Position numbers and translations under genes: made by a program
NCBI GenBank assembly: GCA_028717345.1
Contig: JAQUNZ010000002.1
Coordinates: 7,521 to 71,520 of the forward strand
DNA from: Candidatus Methanoperedens sp.
GTDB lineage: Archaea > Halobacteriota > Methanosarcinia > Methanosarcinales > Methanoperedenaceae
Reading direction: 5' to 3'
Length of the DNA stretch: 64,000 bases
Shown here: positions 37,661-46,808 of the stretch, one piece after another
How positions within the stretch are numbered: position 1 is the first letter of the stretch
How the letters are laid out: the number at the start of each line of letters is the position of its first letter
The notes under the pieces: model-generated
Seen by the model: only the letters and a program-made list of their open reading frames with translations
Database searches by the model: none
Told to the model about the DNA's origin: nothing

Positions 37661-38015
37661 ACATCTCTTCTATCTTCTTTATGCTCATGAGGGGATAATC
37701 CTGAATCTCATCGTAAGCAAGTTCGGCATACGCTATTATATTCTTATATAGTATCTGCAGGCTCACATGCAGCATCCTTCCTTCAAGTTCACAGTATTTG
37801 AACTTTGGATTCTGCTTTTTTTCGACCATCTCGCGGTCTATGGAAACGCTCACGCTCCTTATATGCGGCTGCAGAGCTATGCTGTCTTCAATTATTCTTT
37901 CCAGCCCATCAATTGTATCTGAACTTATGGGGGTTCCCACGAACTGGTGGTACAGCGCTCCGAGCTTGATGCCTGCCTCGAAAACAGCTATGTCCCTTTC
38001 ATTGATATCTGTCAT
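37659..38015 (-). CDS. mptD: Archaeal dihydroneopterin aldolase (MptD family, methanopterin biosynthesis)
   Basis: 118 aa. FEAGIKLGALYHQFVGTPIS matches the conserved core of the archaeal DHNA family (PF04038-type). Confidence 0.7.
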   Translation of the reverse strand: MTDINERDIAVFEAGIKLGALYHQFVGTPISSDTIDGLERIIEDSIALQPHIRSVSVSIDREMVEKKQNPKFKYCELEGRMLHVSLQILYKNIIAYAELAYDEIQDYPLMSIKKIEEM

Positions 38016-38673
38016 AAAACCTCCTCCCGAGCGGACTCAGGAAATAAGCAAAAACGAATACAAGTAATATTAATGATGCTATTTTGACCATGCCCGGGTA
38101 GCCAAGATAAAATACCACGATGTCAAGGACAAGCAGAACACCCATTGGAGCAAGTATTACTGTTTTCTTCAGTTTCGGGTAACTTACAGAGCTTACCATC
38201 AGGAAGGACACGACGACAAGGAGTAGAATAAAAACATACCCGGCATACGGCACAATATCCCTCACAAGCAGAAATAATGCCACAATAAAACCTGCCGAGG
38301 TTATTGGTATTCCTTCAAATCCGTCTTTCTTCCCCGCAACGTTGAAACGAGCCAGCCGCAGTATCCCGCACACCAAAAAAAATCCCGCTGATGCCCATGC
38401 CAGTGCTCCGAGGTCATTAAGAAATATAAAAGCTGCAACAGCAGGCGCCACTCCAAACGATATGGCGTCAGCAAGCGAATCAAGGTTTGCTCCCAGTACC
38501 CCGCAACCTGAGTACCTCGCCACTGCACCATCAGCAGCATCAGCTATTACAGCCGCAAGAATAAGCACAAGTGCGGCGTCGTGCTGCCCGTTCCCGGTCA
38601 GGATTATAGAACCGAAACCCAGTAGCGCGCATAAAAGCGTGATAACATCTGCGGGTTTTATGAGTTTGATCAT
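37999..38673 (-). CDS. pssA: CDP-alcohol phosphatidyltransferase: archaetidylserine (phosphatidylserine) synthase
   Basis: The motif is DAADGAVARYSGCGVLGANLDSLADAISFGVAPA (D-G-x2-A-R...G-x3-D-x3-D). An alternative upstream start at 38718 would overlap psd by 32 nt. Confidence 0.8.
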   Translation of the reverse strand: MIKLIKPADVITLLCALLGFGSIILTGNGQHDAALVLILAAVIADAADGAVARYSGCGVLGANLDSLADAISFGVAPAVAAFIFLNDLGALAWASAGFFLVCGILRLARFNVAGKKDGFEGIPITSAGFIVALFLLVRDIVPYAGYVFILLLVVVSFLMVSSVSYPKLKKTVILAPMGVLLVLDIVVFYLGYPGMVKIASLILLVFVFAYFLSPLGRRFYDRYQ

Positions 38674-38686
38674 ATTGTCCCCATGC

Positions 38687-39364
38687 TTATCCCCGTATTT
38701 TTTCTTTTTTCCTGGCAATTATGCTCTCTCCGGCTTTTACCTTATCCCCCACATTCACGGTATATGTATAAACTTCCGGGATTATGACATCCACACGCGA
38801 ACCGAAGCGGATCATGCCGATGCGCTCACCCCTTTTTACCTGGCTTCCTTCACTGATGTATGAAACGATGCGCCTGATAAGTACACCAGCTATTTGCGTC
38901 AGTTCGATACTTCCATAATCCGTCTTTATTTTAACATGGTTGCGCTCATTTACATCTGAATCCTTATTTGATGCCGGGATGTAGCCTCCGGGTTTATAAT
39001 CTATCTCCATTACAGTACCCGACAGGGGAGCACGGTTCACATGCACGTTATGGACGTTCATGAAAATACCTATTGTCCTGTCATTTTTTGAAATCACCCT
39101 GCCGTCTGCCGGCGATACCGCATCGTCCTCGTCCCCGGCTGGCTTTCGTTCAGGGTCCCGGAAAAATACCAGTAAAAACAGAGTTAGCAATAATGCGATA
39201 ACAAAAATACCCCGTATCAAGACCTGTATGAACCCGCTTGGAATTCTTGAAATAAATGAAAAATATCCTGTAACAGCAGTGAACAGTATCGCTGTGCCTA
39301 TCCAGGACAATGATCCCTTAGCCAGCATTTCTGAAGATACCCCTGAACAGGTTAATAATCCCAT
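38687..39364 (-). CDS. psd: Archaetidylserine / phosphatidylserine decarboxylase-like proenzyme
   Basis: The C-terminus is GERIGMIRFGSRVDVI (a G-S self-cleavage site context) and there is an N-terminal TM. The start is uncertain, because 39364 overlaps the archaeosortase gene by 47 nt. Confidence 0.75.
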   Translation of the reverse strand: MGLLTCSGVSSEMLAKGSLSWIGTAILFTAVTGYFSFISRIPSGFIQVLIRGIFVIALLLTLFLLVFFRDPERKPAGDEDDAVSPADGRVISKNDRTIGIFMNVHNVHVNRAPLSGTVMEIDYKPGGYIPASNKDSDVNERNHVKIKTDYGSIELTQIAGVLIRRIVSYISEGSQVKRGERIGMIRFGSRVDVIIPEVYTYTVNVGDKVKAGESIIARKKEKIRG

Positions 39365-40133
39365 CTATCATATCTATGATCTCCGGAAGTATTTTCATAA
39401 CAGCGTAGGCTATCGCAAAAAGCGCGATAAGAGAGCCTGCTTTTGCTATTATGGTATGGGCGACATAAAAGCTCATTTCAGGATCGCCGAACCACCCCAT
39501 CCCGTAGGCATCGATCACGAAGACATTCCGTATAAGGTTCAGGACGTATATTACAGGCACGGAGACGATGAACGCCTTGGCTATTCTTTTAAAAGGAGCA
39601 TTTGCACTTGCGATAATCCCTGTGAACAGCGCTATGCTCTCGATCGCCGTGCACGCCAGGATGATCTCAACCCTGTACCCGTTGACAGATAAGAGATTCG
39701 TTTCAAGCCTTATTATATCAACACCTAAAAGCGAACCCAGCCAGAATGTCTGGTCGGTTACAGTTGTGATAAGCCAATGGTTCAGTGGTGTTATCTCTGA
39801 AAAAGCAAAGTACGAGATGCCGCCAATGGCTGATGCGGTCGTAGCCATGAAAATGGATCTTATGACGCTTATGCCGTTAATGTCTTTCATAATGCGCCCG
39901 TCCTTTTTTACAAGCAAAAACCCCAATAAAAGGCAGCCAATAGCCGCGAGAACGGTCAAAAGCACGTTGACATAATCGCCAACGTCTAAATAGTGCTGCC
40001 ACTGCAGCGCCCAATGCACAGAAAAAAATGCCCAGCCTGCTCCGGCTATAGTGAATTTTAGCCTTTTCTCTGTAGGAATGAGCGAAGCTGCGATGAGCAA
40101 TCCCAGCGCAAGCCAGAGAATTTTTTCTATCAT
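39318..40133 (-). CDS. artA: Archaeosortase (ArtA-like exosortase/archaeosortase family)
   Basis: A polytopic protein with candidate catalytic residues in the typical context: EIILACTAIESIALF (Cys), VLNLIRNVFVI (Arg) and YVAHTIIAKAG (His). It is syntenic with pssA and psd. Confidence 0.65.
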   Translation of the reverse strand: MIEKILWLALGLLIAASLIPTEKRLKFTIAGAGWAFFSVHWALQWQHYLDVGDYVNVLLTVLAAIGCLLLGFLLVKKDGRIMKDINGISVIRSIFMATTASAIGGISYFAFSEITPLNHWLITTVTDQTFWLGSLLGVDIIRLETNLLSVNGYRVEIILACTAIESIALFTGIIASANAPFKRIAKAFIVSVPVIYVLNLIRNVFVIDAYGMGWFGDPEMSFYVAHTIIAKAGSLIALFAIAYAVMKILPEIIDMIDGIINLFRGIFRNAG

Positions 40134-40221
40134 AATGTAGCTCTAATAGTTCACATTAGATTATATAGTTTTTATCCAAAAAGTCTTTTATTCTCTGCGA
40201 CACATCTTAGTTGATGAAACT

Positions 40222-41700
40222 ATGAATATTTTAAGGCGAGGGCGGCTGTCTGCTGAGCCAGACGAGGACATTAAACTGTTTACTTCATCCATGGAGGCTG
40301 ACAGAAGACTATTTGAGGCTGATATCGAAGTGGACAGGGCACATGTTGTAATGTTGAGGGAACAGGATATCATCAATTCAAGCGACTGCGCTGCGATACT
40401 ATCAGGACTTGAAAAAATTAAAGCCGAAGGAATTTCCGCTCTTGACACTTCATACGAGGACGTACACATCGCACTTGAGGCACGGCTCATAGAAATTGTG
40501 GGCGAGGATACGGGGGGCAGGATGCACTCTGCGCGCTCAAGGAACGATGAGGTTGCAACGTGTATACGCCTTGCGCTTCGTACTGAACTCACGGCTCTTA
40601 TGGAAGAGGTGCATGACCTCGTTGCTGCGCTGTCAGGCACTGCATCAAAACATCATGAGACCGTCATGCCCGGATACACCCATACCCAGCATGCCCAGCC
40701 CACCACGCTTGCCCATCATTTTCTTGCGCACGCAAGTGCGCTGCTTCGCGATATTGAACGGGTAAATGGCGCTTACGGGCGCACGAACCTGAATCCGCTC
40801 GGGGCAGCCGCATTCGCTTCCACAGGATTTCCAGTAGACAGGAAGAGGACGACTGAACTCCTGGGCTTTGACGGCACGCTCGGCAATTCCATGGATGCGG
40901 TTAGCACGCGCGATTTCATGATAGAGAGCATGAGCGGCTTTTCGAACTTAATGACCTCACTTTCCCGAATGGCCGAAGAGCTGATACTCTGGAGCACATC
41001 TGAATTTGATCTTATCGAACTTGATGACAGTTATTCATCCACGTCATCCATAATGCCGCAGAAGAAAAATCCTGATATAGCAGAACTCATGCGGGCAAAA
41101 ACAGGTACTGTGAACGGCGCCCTTGTGTCAGTGCTGACAATATGCAAAGCTCTTCCCTACAGCTACAACCGCGATCTGCAGGAAGCTACGCCGCATCTAT
41201 GGCGCGCCGCCGATGCAGTCCGTTCTTCCGTGCGCATGGCGCGTGGAATGGTCAGTACCATGAAGGTGAAAAAAGAGAACATGAAGCTGTCATCTGAAAA
41301 AGGATTCATGACAGCCACAGAACTTGCAGATACCATCGTGCGAAAGACCGGTATCCCCTTCAGGACAGCTCATCATATTGTAGGAGCAGTCGCGCGGTCG
41401 GGAAAAACACCATCACTTCCTGACCTGGATGCTATTTCCCTGGATCTCATCCATGAAAAACTGAGCGCCAGGGGTCTTTCTGAAAAAGACATTAAAGAGG
41501 CTCTTGACCCTGCTGCCAATATTAGCAAGCGAGCAGTTACAGGAGGTCCTGCCCCGAAAGAGACAAAGCGCCAGTTGGCTGCTATACGAAAGAAGCTTGG
41601 GAGTGTAGCGGGCGAGATCAGGAGGATACGCAAAAAGGTGAAGGCTGCATCTGGAAAACTTGAAAGGGACTGTAAACATGTTTTACAGGAGCAGGCGTAA
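40222..41700 (+). CDS. argH: Argininosuccinate lyase
   Basis: Fumarase/lyase class II motifs: GRMHSARSRNDEVATC, PGYTHTQHAQPTT and SSIMPQKKNPD. Confidence 0.93.
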   Translation: MNILRRGRLSAEPDEDIKLFTSSMEADRRLFEADIEVDRAHVVMLREQDIINSSDCAAILSGLEKIKAEGISALDTSYEDVHIALEARLIEIVGEDTGGRMHSARSRNDEVATCIRLALRTELTALMEEVHDLVAALSGTASKHHETVMPGYTHTQHAQPTTLAHHFLAHASALLRDIERVNGAYGRTNLNPLGAAAFASTGFPVDRKRTTELLGFDGTLGNSMDAVSTRDFMIESMSGFSNLMTSLSRMAEELILWSTSEFDLIELDDSYSSTSSIMPQKKNPDIAELMRAKTGTVNGALVSVLTICKALPYSYNRDLQEATPHLWRAADAVRSSVRMARGMVSTMKVKKENMKLSSEKGFMTATELADTIVRKTGIPFRTAHHIVGAVARSGKTPSLPDLDAISLDLIHEKLSARGLSEKDIKEALDPAANISKRAVTGGPAPKETKRQLAAIRKKLGSVAGEIRRIRKKVKAASGKLERDCKHVLQEQA

Positions 41701-41992
41701 TGACATCTGAAATTCAGCATCGAAACTTTCATCTTTTTCCCGGGGGTTCCATTCGAAAGCTTGATGCAAGGATCGGGATGCTTTCTGAGTCGCCGCGGGA
41801 TAAGCAGGAGAAAGAGAGGCTTGGAAAGCTGATGCGGGGTGACGGTGAATTATGCGAAGTTTGAGGGGCTGGTGAGGGAGTACGAATAAGTGTCATCATT
41901 GCTGACACAAAAATTATCTGAAACTACTGATATATTATTAATGATTGAAATATATAAGAATATGACAAAAATAAACTCAAGAGGAGATTTAA

Positions 41993-43732
41993 ATGAGCAA
42001 CAAAGAATTATTTATCACGACGTATCTGGACAGGATCGCTGAAAAATTCAATATCAGTACGGATAAGGCATTTGAAATATTCTCAATGGGAGCTATTCTG
42101 GATAAGACATTTGATGAAATTTTTGCAGATGTATTAATTAAAGGCTCTGCTGATGGTGGAATAGATGGAATTTCTTTTGATGAACAGGATGGATTCTATG
42201 TTATGGAAGTATTCCAGTGTAAGAATTCAAAAGGACTTAAACAAAACCAGTTAGAGAAATTAAAACATGATTTTGAAGAAGTTTTTTTAAAAGGAAGGAG
42301 GGACAAACCCAATACGGAAGGGTTGATGCCCAAACTGGACGAATATATTTCAATTACAAAGAAAGGATATCGTATAGAACATCATCTAAATTTTATTTTT
42401 AATGGTGATATATTAGATGTTAAAAATGCTGCTAATAATGACTTGTTCAAATTATACAATGATCCAGTAAATAGATTTTTAATTTTTGATTCAAATGAAC
42501 TTGATAAACGAATTGAAACTTTAATTAAAAGTGAAAGGAAAAGAAAAGATGTCAAATTCACCTTTAATGCAGAAAAATCAAATATATCACCAAAAGAACC
42601 ACAAGCCCTTATATCATTTTCGATATTGAATGTTAAAGCAGTCAATTTTAGAATGAAGGCCATTGAATTATGCAAACTGGTTGATATGGAAATCAAAACA
42701 AATGGCACCGAAGACAAGCTTTTTTCAGAAAACATTAGAGGTTTTTTAGGATATAATAAGACCAATCGCAAAATCAAAGATACTCTAAATAATCCAGATG
42801 AATCAATTTATTTCCCTTTTTTAAATAATGGTATAACAATTTTGTGCGATGAAATGCAAATCCCTTCAAATCCTCAGGCGAGTCAATACATCATACCAGT
42901 TTCAAACCCTGTTATTGTCAATGGTCTCCAAACTACAAAAGTAATATATGATGTTTATACGACAGAAAAAGCAAAATTAGATGGGGTTGACATTACCGTT
43001 CGCCTATATGAAGCAAAAAATCCTGACCTTATTAATAAAATCACTGAAGCGACAAATACTCAGACTTCGATAAATTTCAAGGATAAAATTAGTAATAAAG
43101 ACTTCCAAAAATATGTAAAAATGCTCTTTGAAAACAAAGGTGTTGCATATATATCAAAAAGAGGGGAAATTTTCACCAATCAATTGAGCAAAGAAATGCA
43201 TGAGTCAGTAACCAGTGAAAAAGTAATTAAGTTCTGGTATGCAACATATTACGAAAACCCTGAAATAGCCAAAAACTCAATATCCAAAGTACTGGAAGAA
43301 GTATTTGATGCGACAAACCAGGAAAATCCTCTGACAAAACTTTTTGATGGGGATAGAAATTCATCTGTCTATCTGCAATTATTTAACAGTTATTTAATCA
43401 TGAAATTTGTTACAGATAAGAAAACAAGTCGAATACAAATTGATGATTTTTTAGAGCACAGTGATGAGATATTAAGTTATGGAATATATAAATATATTGT
43501 GGTAAATCAATTAGATTTTTCACAAGAAAATATCGAACAGGGTTATGATTATGCTGTTGCTATTATTAAGAAAAATGTTGATGAAGAAAAAAGAAAGAGA
43601 GAGGAAAAATTGGAAACATATTCCCATAGTAGTTATTTCAAGAGTGCACAATGCCGAATAGATTACAATACAGATGCAAATATCTCTGAAACATATGATC
43701 TTATTGATAAATTACTTGTTAAAACAAACTGA
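41993..43732 (+). CDS. AIPR-family abortive-infection-type protein
   Basis: 579 aa in an AT-rich islet. The N-terminus KAFEIFSMGAILD...IKGSADGGIDGISFDE...VFQCKNSK is typical of AIPR (PF10592-type) proteins. Confidence 0.65.
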   Translation: MSNKELFITTYLDRIAEKFNISTDKAFEIFSMGAILDKTFDEIFADVLIKGSADGGIDGISFDEQDGFYVMEVFQCKNSKGLKQNQLEKLKHDFEEVFLKGRRDKPNTEGLMPKLDEYISITKKGYRIEHHLNFIFNGDILDVKNAANNDLFKLYNDPVNRFLIFDSNELDKRIETLIKSERKRKDVKFTFNAEKSNISPKEPQALISFSILNVKAVNFRMKAIELCKLVDMEIKTNGTEDKLFSENIRGFLGYNKTNRKIKDTLNNPDESIYFPFLNNGITILCDEMQIPSNPQASQYIIPVSNPVIVNGLQTTKVIYDVYTTEKAKLDGVDITVRLYEAKNPDLINKITEATNTQTSINFKDKISNKDFQKYVKMLFENKGVAYISKRGEIFTNQLSKEMHESVTSEKVIKFWYATYYENPEIAKNSISKVLEEVFDATNQENPLTKLFDGDRNSSVYLQLFNSYLIMKFVTDKKTSRIQIDDFLEHSDEILSYGIYKYIVVNQLDFSQENIEQGYDYAVAIIKKNVDEEKRKREEKLETYSHSSYFKSAQCRIDYNTDANISETYDLIDKLLVKTN

Positions 43733-43856
43733 AATTGGAAATGTCAAAAAGGAAACAATCGTAAAGCAGTTCATCTCCTATTCAATGGGCTGTATTTTCG
43801 GCAGGTATTCTACTGATAAAGAAATAATGAGGTTAATATCAGGATGCAGTAAGTAA
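43733..43856 (+). pseudogene. Orphan C-terminal fragment resembling a type IIG / PglX-class methyltransferase
   Basis: ...KETIVKQFISYSMGCIFGRYSTDKE... resembles the conserved (I/L)SY.VGC(M/I)FGRYS segment of Eco57I/PglX-type enzymes. No upstream methyltransferase body is present. Confidence 0.35.
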
Positions 43857-43884
43857 GGAAAATAAAACAGCAGGAAGCCATGGA

Positions 43885-44130
43885 ATGAATACAAATACCA
43901 ATAACAATTGGCAAGGTCCGTTGGGTGATGAACGGGCAGAGTATGGAAAAAAAGTGCTTGAAGGCTCTGTGCCAGGCTTTCCACGAAAAAATCCGTACAT
44001 TTTCGACTTCCTCGGTTTAACCGATTCCGATGTTCTGCATGAATCGAAGCCCGAAAAAAACCATTATCATCAACCTCCAATCATTCCTTCTTGAACTTGG
44101 GAAGGGCTTACCCGAAGACCAATGGAATGG
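43885..44130 (+). pseudogene. Truncated, frameshifted fragment of a DUF1016/YhcG-type PD-ExK nuclease gene
   Basis: ...RKNPYIFDFLGLTDSDVLHES... is followed in the next frame by ..SFLLNLGRAY.. (compare the family pattern DPY.LDFLGL...E.dLE....FLLELG.GF). An A7 run lies between the two pieces, and the nuclease core is missing. Confidence 0.35.
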
Positions 44131-44132
44131 TC

Positions 44133-44585
44133 TTAACTTATCTTCTTCACAAGCGGTATCTCGTCGCAGTCAGGGAACTTGGGGCACTTGATGCACATGC
44201 TCCATATCTTGTGGGGCAGCGTGCTCTTTTTTACCCTGGCAAAACCGTGCTTCTCAAAGAACTCCGGGACATATGTCAGCGTGATGAGCTTGTTCAATCC
44301 AAGAGTCCTGGCTTCCTCCTCGCATGCTTTAAGTATCCGGGAACCTATCCCCTTTCTTACCAGTTCAGGCTCAACCGCAAGTGAAAGTATCTCTCCATAG
44401 TCTTCCCATGTTATATGGAGCGCGCCGCAGCCCACCATTTTATCATCCTGAATGATAACAAAAAAATCCCTCAGGTTCTCGTACAGTTCACTCAGCGACC
44501 TGGGAAGCATCGCGCGCTTATCAGCATAACTGTTTATGAGCTTCCACATCTTTTCGACGTCTTTGATGGTGGCTTTTCTTAACAA
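44133..44585 (-). CDS. GNAT family N-acetyltransferase
   Basis: 150 aa. LAVEPELVRKGIGSRILKACEEEAR is the acetyl-CoA-binding Q/RxxGxG/A motif. Confidence 0.8.
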   Translation of the reverse strand: MLRKATIKDVEKMWKLINSYADKRAMLPRSLSELYENLRDFFVIIQDDKMVGCGALHITWEDYGEILSLAVEPELVRKGIGSRILKACEEEARTLGLNKLITLTYVPEFFEKHGFARVKKSTLPHKIWSMCIKCPKFPDCDEIPLVKKIS

Positions 44586-44618
44586 TTAATTTTCCTCGTT
44601 TATCTGCGGTTCCGTATT

Positions 44619-45956
44619 TTATTTTCGTTTTTTCAATTTTTCTGCAAGGGAGTCCACCTGTTCTACCGCTGTGCCTATATATTTTTCCGGGTCCATTATC
44701 CCTGTGATTTCATCCTCGCTCAAATATTCTGACACTGTTTCGTTGCCAAGCAGCGTGTCCTTCATGTGCCTTCCTGTCTCGCGCGCAGACATGGCAGACT
44801 GCCGCACGATCTCATGCGCCTCCTGCCTTCCCACGCCTTTCTTTGTAAGCTCTATCATGACAGCCTCTCCCATGTTCAGACCGTTGAGCAGTTCCAGGTT
44901 TTTCCTGATATTTTCAGGGTAGAAGCGCAGGTTCTGGATGATGGATGTTGTAAGCCTTATCACATGGTCAGTGAGAACGCAGGATTCAGGGAACACAACC
45001 CGCTCGCATGATGAATTGGTTAGGTCGCGTTCATCCCACAGAGTATTGTTGAGAAGCTCTGGTTCAACCATCGCGCGGACTATCCTGGAAAGTCCGCATA
45101 CCTGCTCTGATTTTATCGGGTTGCGCTTGTGAGGCATCGTGGACGAGCCCACCTGCTTCTTGCCAAAGCTCTCTTCGACCTCAGCTATCTCGCTTCTTGC
45201 AAGGCTTCTTATCTCCACGCATATCTTATCAAGTGTGGTGACCGTGTTGGCCATCCACATCACGAACTCGGCATGCCTGTCCCTCTGGATTATCTGGTTC
45301 GAGACATCGGCAGGTTCGATACACAGTTCTTCCATAGTCCTCTTCTGTATCTCGATGCCCTTTTTTCCGAAGGCTGCCTGCGTGCCAACCGCGCCGCTCA
45401 TCTTTCCTGCCGTGGCGCGCGGTGTGAGCTGGTCAAGGCGCTCCATGTGCCTGTCTATCTCGGAAGCCCATATCGCAAAGCGCAGACCGTATGTTGTGGG
45501 GACTCCTATCTGTCCGTGGGTGCGCCCTGCGCAAACCGTGTTCTTGTGCAACAGAGCCGTATCTATAACTATTCCGCGTAATTTTGCAGTTTCTTTCCTT
45601 AATATCTGGATCGCATCTTTTATCTGAAGGGCTGTGGCAGTATCCAGGATATCGTTCGAGGTGGCGCCAAAATGCACCCATTTTCCTGCATCTTTCGATT
45701 GTTCAGAAAGTGCAATCACCACTGCCATCACGTCGTGATGTATCTCGTCCTCTATCTTCTTTACCCTCTCAAGTTTTACCTTGACTGCGCCGCGGGCTAT
45801 TTTCTCGTCAACTCCTTCCGGGATGTACCCTGCTATGACCTCGGCTTTTGCCAGGGCAGTTTCAACTGCCAGCATTTTAGTAAGGCGCGTCTCTTCGCTC
45901 CAGACAGATTTCATTTCAGGATGTCCGTAGCGGTATTCAATAGGATGGATTGCCAT
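44619..45956 (-). CDS. purB: Adenylosuccinate lyase
   Basis: Motifs HFGATSNDILDTA, GRTHGQIGVPTT and SSTMPHKRNP. Confidence 0.93.
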   Translation of the reverse strand: MAIHPIEYRYGHPEMKSVWSEETRLTKMLAVETALAKAEVIAGYIPEGVDEKIARGAVKVKLERVKKIEDEIHHDVMAVVIALSEQSKDAGKWVHFGATSNDILDTATALQIKDAIQILRKETAKLRGIVIDTALLHKNTVCAGRTHGQIGVPTTYGLRFAIWASEIDRHMERLDQLTPRATAGKMSGAVGTQAAFGKKGIEIQKRTMEELCIEPADVSNQIIQRDRHAEFVMWMANTVTTLDKICVEIRSLARSEIAEVEESFGKKQVGSSTMPHKRNPIKSEQVCGLSRIVRAMVEPELLNNTLWDERDLTNSSCERVVFPESCVLTDHVIRLTTSIIQNLRFYPENIRKNLELLNGLNMGEAVMIELTKKGVGRQEAHEIVRQSAMSARETGRHMKDTLLGNETVSEYLSEDEITGIMDPEKYIGTAVEQVDSLAEKLKKRK

Positions 45957-46071
45957 GTGGATACTTATTAGCGGTCTGGTTTAAAGAAACTATCGATATT
46001 TGGCAGGGGATATCGGAGATTCATAGTAATACTTAAACCTTAAAAAGTAGGCTTATAGCTTAGATTCTTAG

Positions 46072-46752
46072 ATGGTGCAAAAAAAAGAATATATCCAGAA
46101 GATGTTCGCAGGGATTTCACACAGATATGATTTTCTAAATTCCCTTCTGAGTTTAAGGCGGGACAAATACTGGCGCAGGTTCGCAGCAGAAAAACTGCCA
46201 TCAGGGCGCATCCTTGACGTGTGTTCAGGGACAGGGGACGTGGCGATAGAGGTTTCAAAACGCAGCGATGCAATAGCCTCTGATTTTTGTGCGGAAATGT
46301 TGAAGCTGTGCGCTCTGAAGATAGCAAAAAGCAACATAAAAAATATATATTGCATCCAGAACGATGCAGAGAACCTGTCTTTTAAAGATAATAGTTTTGA
46401 CGGCGCTATCGTTGCATTTGGCATCAGGAACGTGGCAGATATTAAAAAAGCCCTGTCTGAGATGCACAGGGTGGTCAGGAATGGAGGCAGGATCGTTGTG
46501 CTTGAATTCTCGCAGCCCAGGAACCGCTTTTTCAGGTCGATGTATTATATTTATTTTCAGAAACTCTTGCCTGTTGTCGGCAGTTTAGTTTCCAAAAAAA
46601 CAGGTCCTTACAGTTATTTACCATCATCTGTAATGGCATTTCCGAAACGAGAGGAGTTCACTGGATTAATGAAGGCATCTGGCATGATGGATATACGATA
46701 TTATGACCTGACCTTTGGTATCGTCACTGTTTATGTTGGGAGTAATCTGTAA
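46072..46752 (+). CDS. ubiE: UbiE/MenG-type (demethyl)menaquinone / quinone C-methyltransferase
   Basis: Motifs MFAGISHRYDFLNSLLSLRRDKYWRR, the SAM motif ILDVCSGTGDV, and AFGIRNV. Confidence 0.75.
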   Translation: MVQKKEYIQKMFAGISHRYDFLNSLLSLRRDKYWRRFAAEKLPSGRILDVCSGTGDVAIEVSKRSDAIASDFCAEMLKLCALKIAKSNIKNIYCIQNDAENLSFKDNSFDGAIVAFGIRNVADIKKALSEMHRVVRNGGRIVVLEFSQPRNRFFRSMYYIYFQKLLPVVGSLVSKKTGPYSYLPSSVMAFPKREEFTGLMKASGMMDIRYYDLTFGIVTVYVGSNL

Positions 46753-46808
46753 AATTAGTATGCCAATCACTAAACTATTAAGTAGATTCAGATAAATAAA
46801 GGCTTTAA

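Noticed and set aside
40188-40640. A 150-aa minus-strand ORF antisense to argH. Similar long antisense ORFs occur at 55419-56318, 59244-59969, 48403-49026, 19995-20696, 20841-21449, 35204-35797, 29409-30044, 13130-13699, 10623-11120 and 2303-2896.
   Set aside because: Each is a shadow ORF inside a confidently identified gene. Their compositions are low-complexity or Ser/Arg/Cys-rich, and none has a recognisable motif.
41701-41992. Short ORFs and GC-normal sequence between argH and the AIPR islet (for example MLSESPRDKQEKERLGKLMRGDGELCEV) as another gene remnant.
   Set aside because: They are too short and have no recognisable signature, so I left them unannotated.
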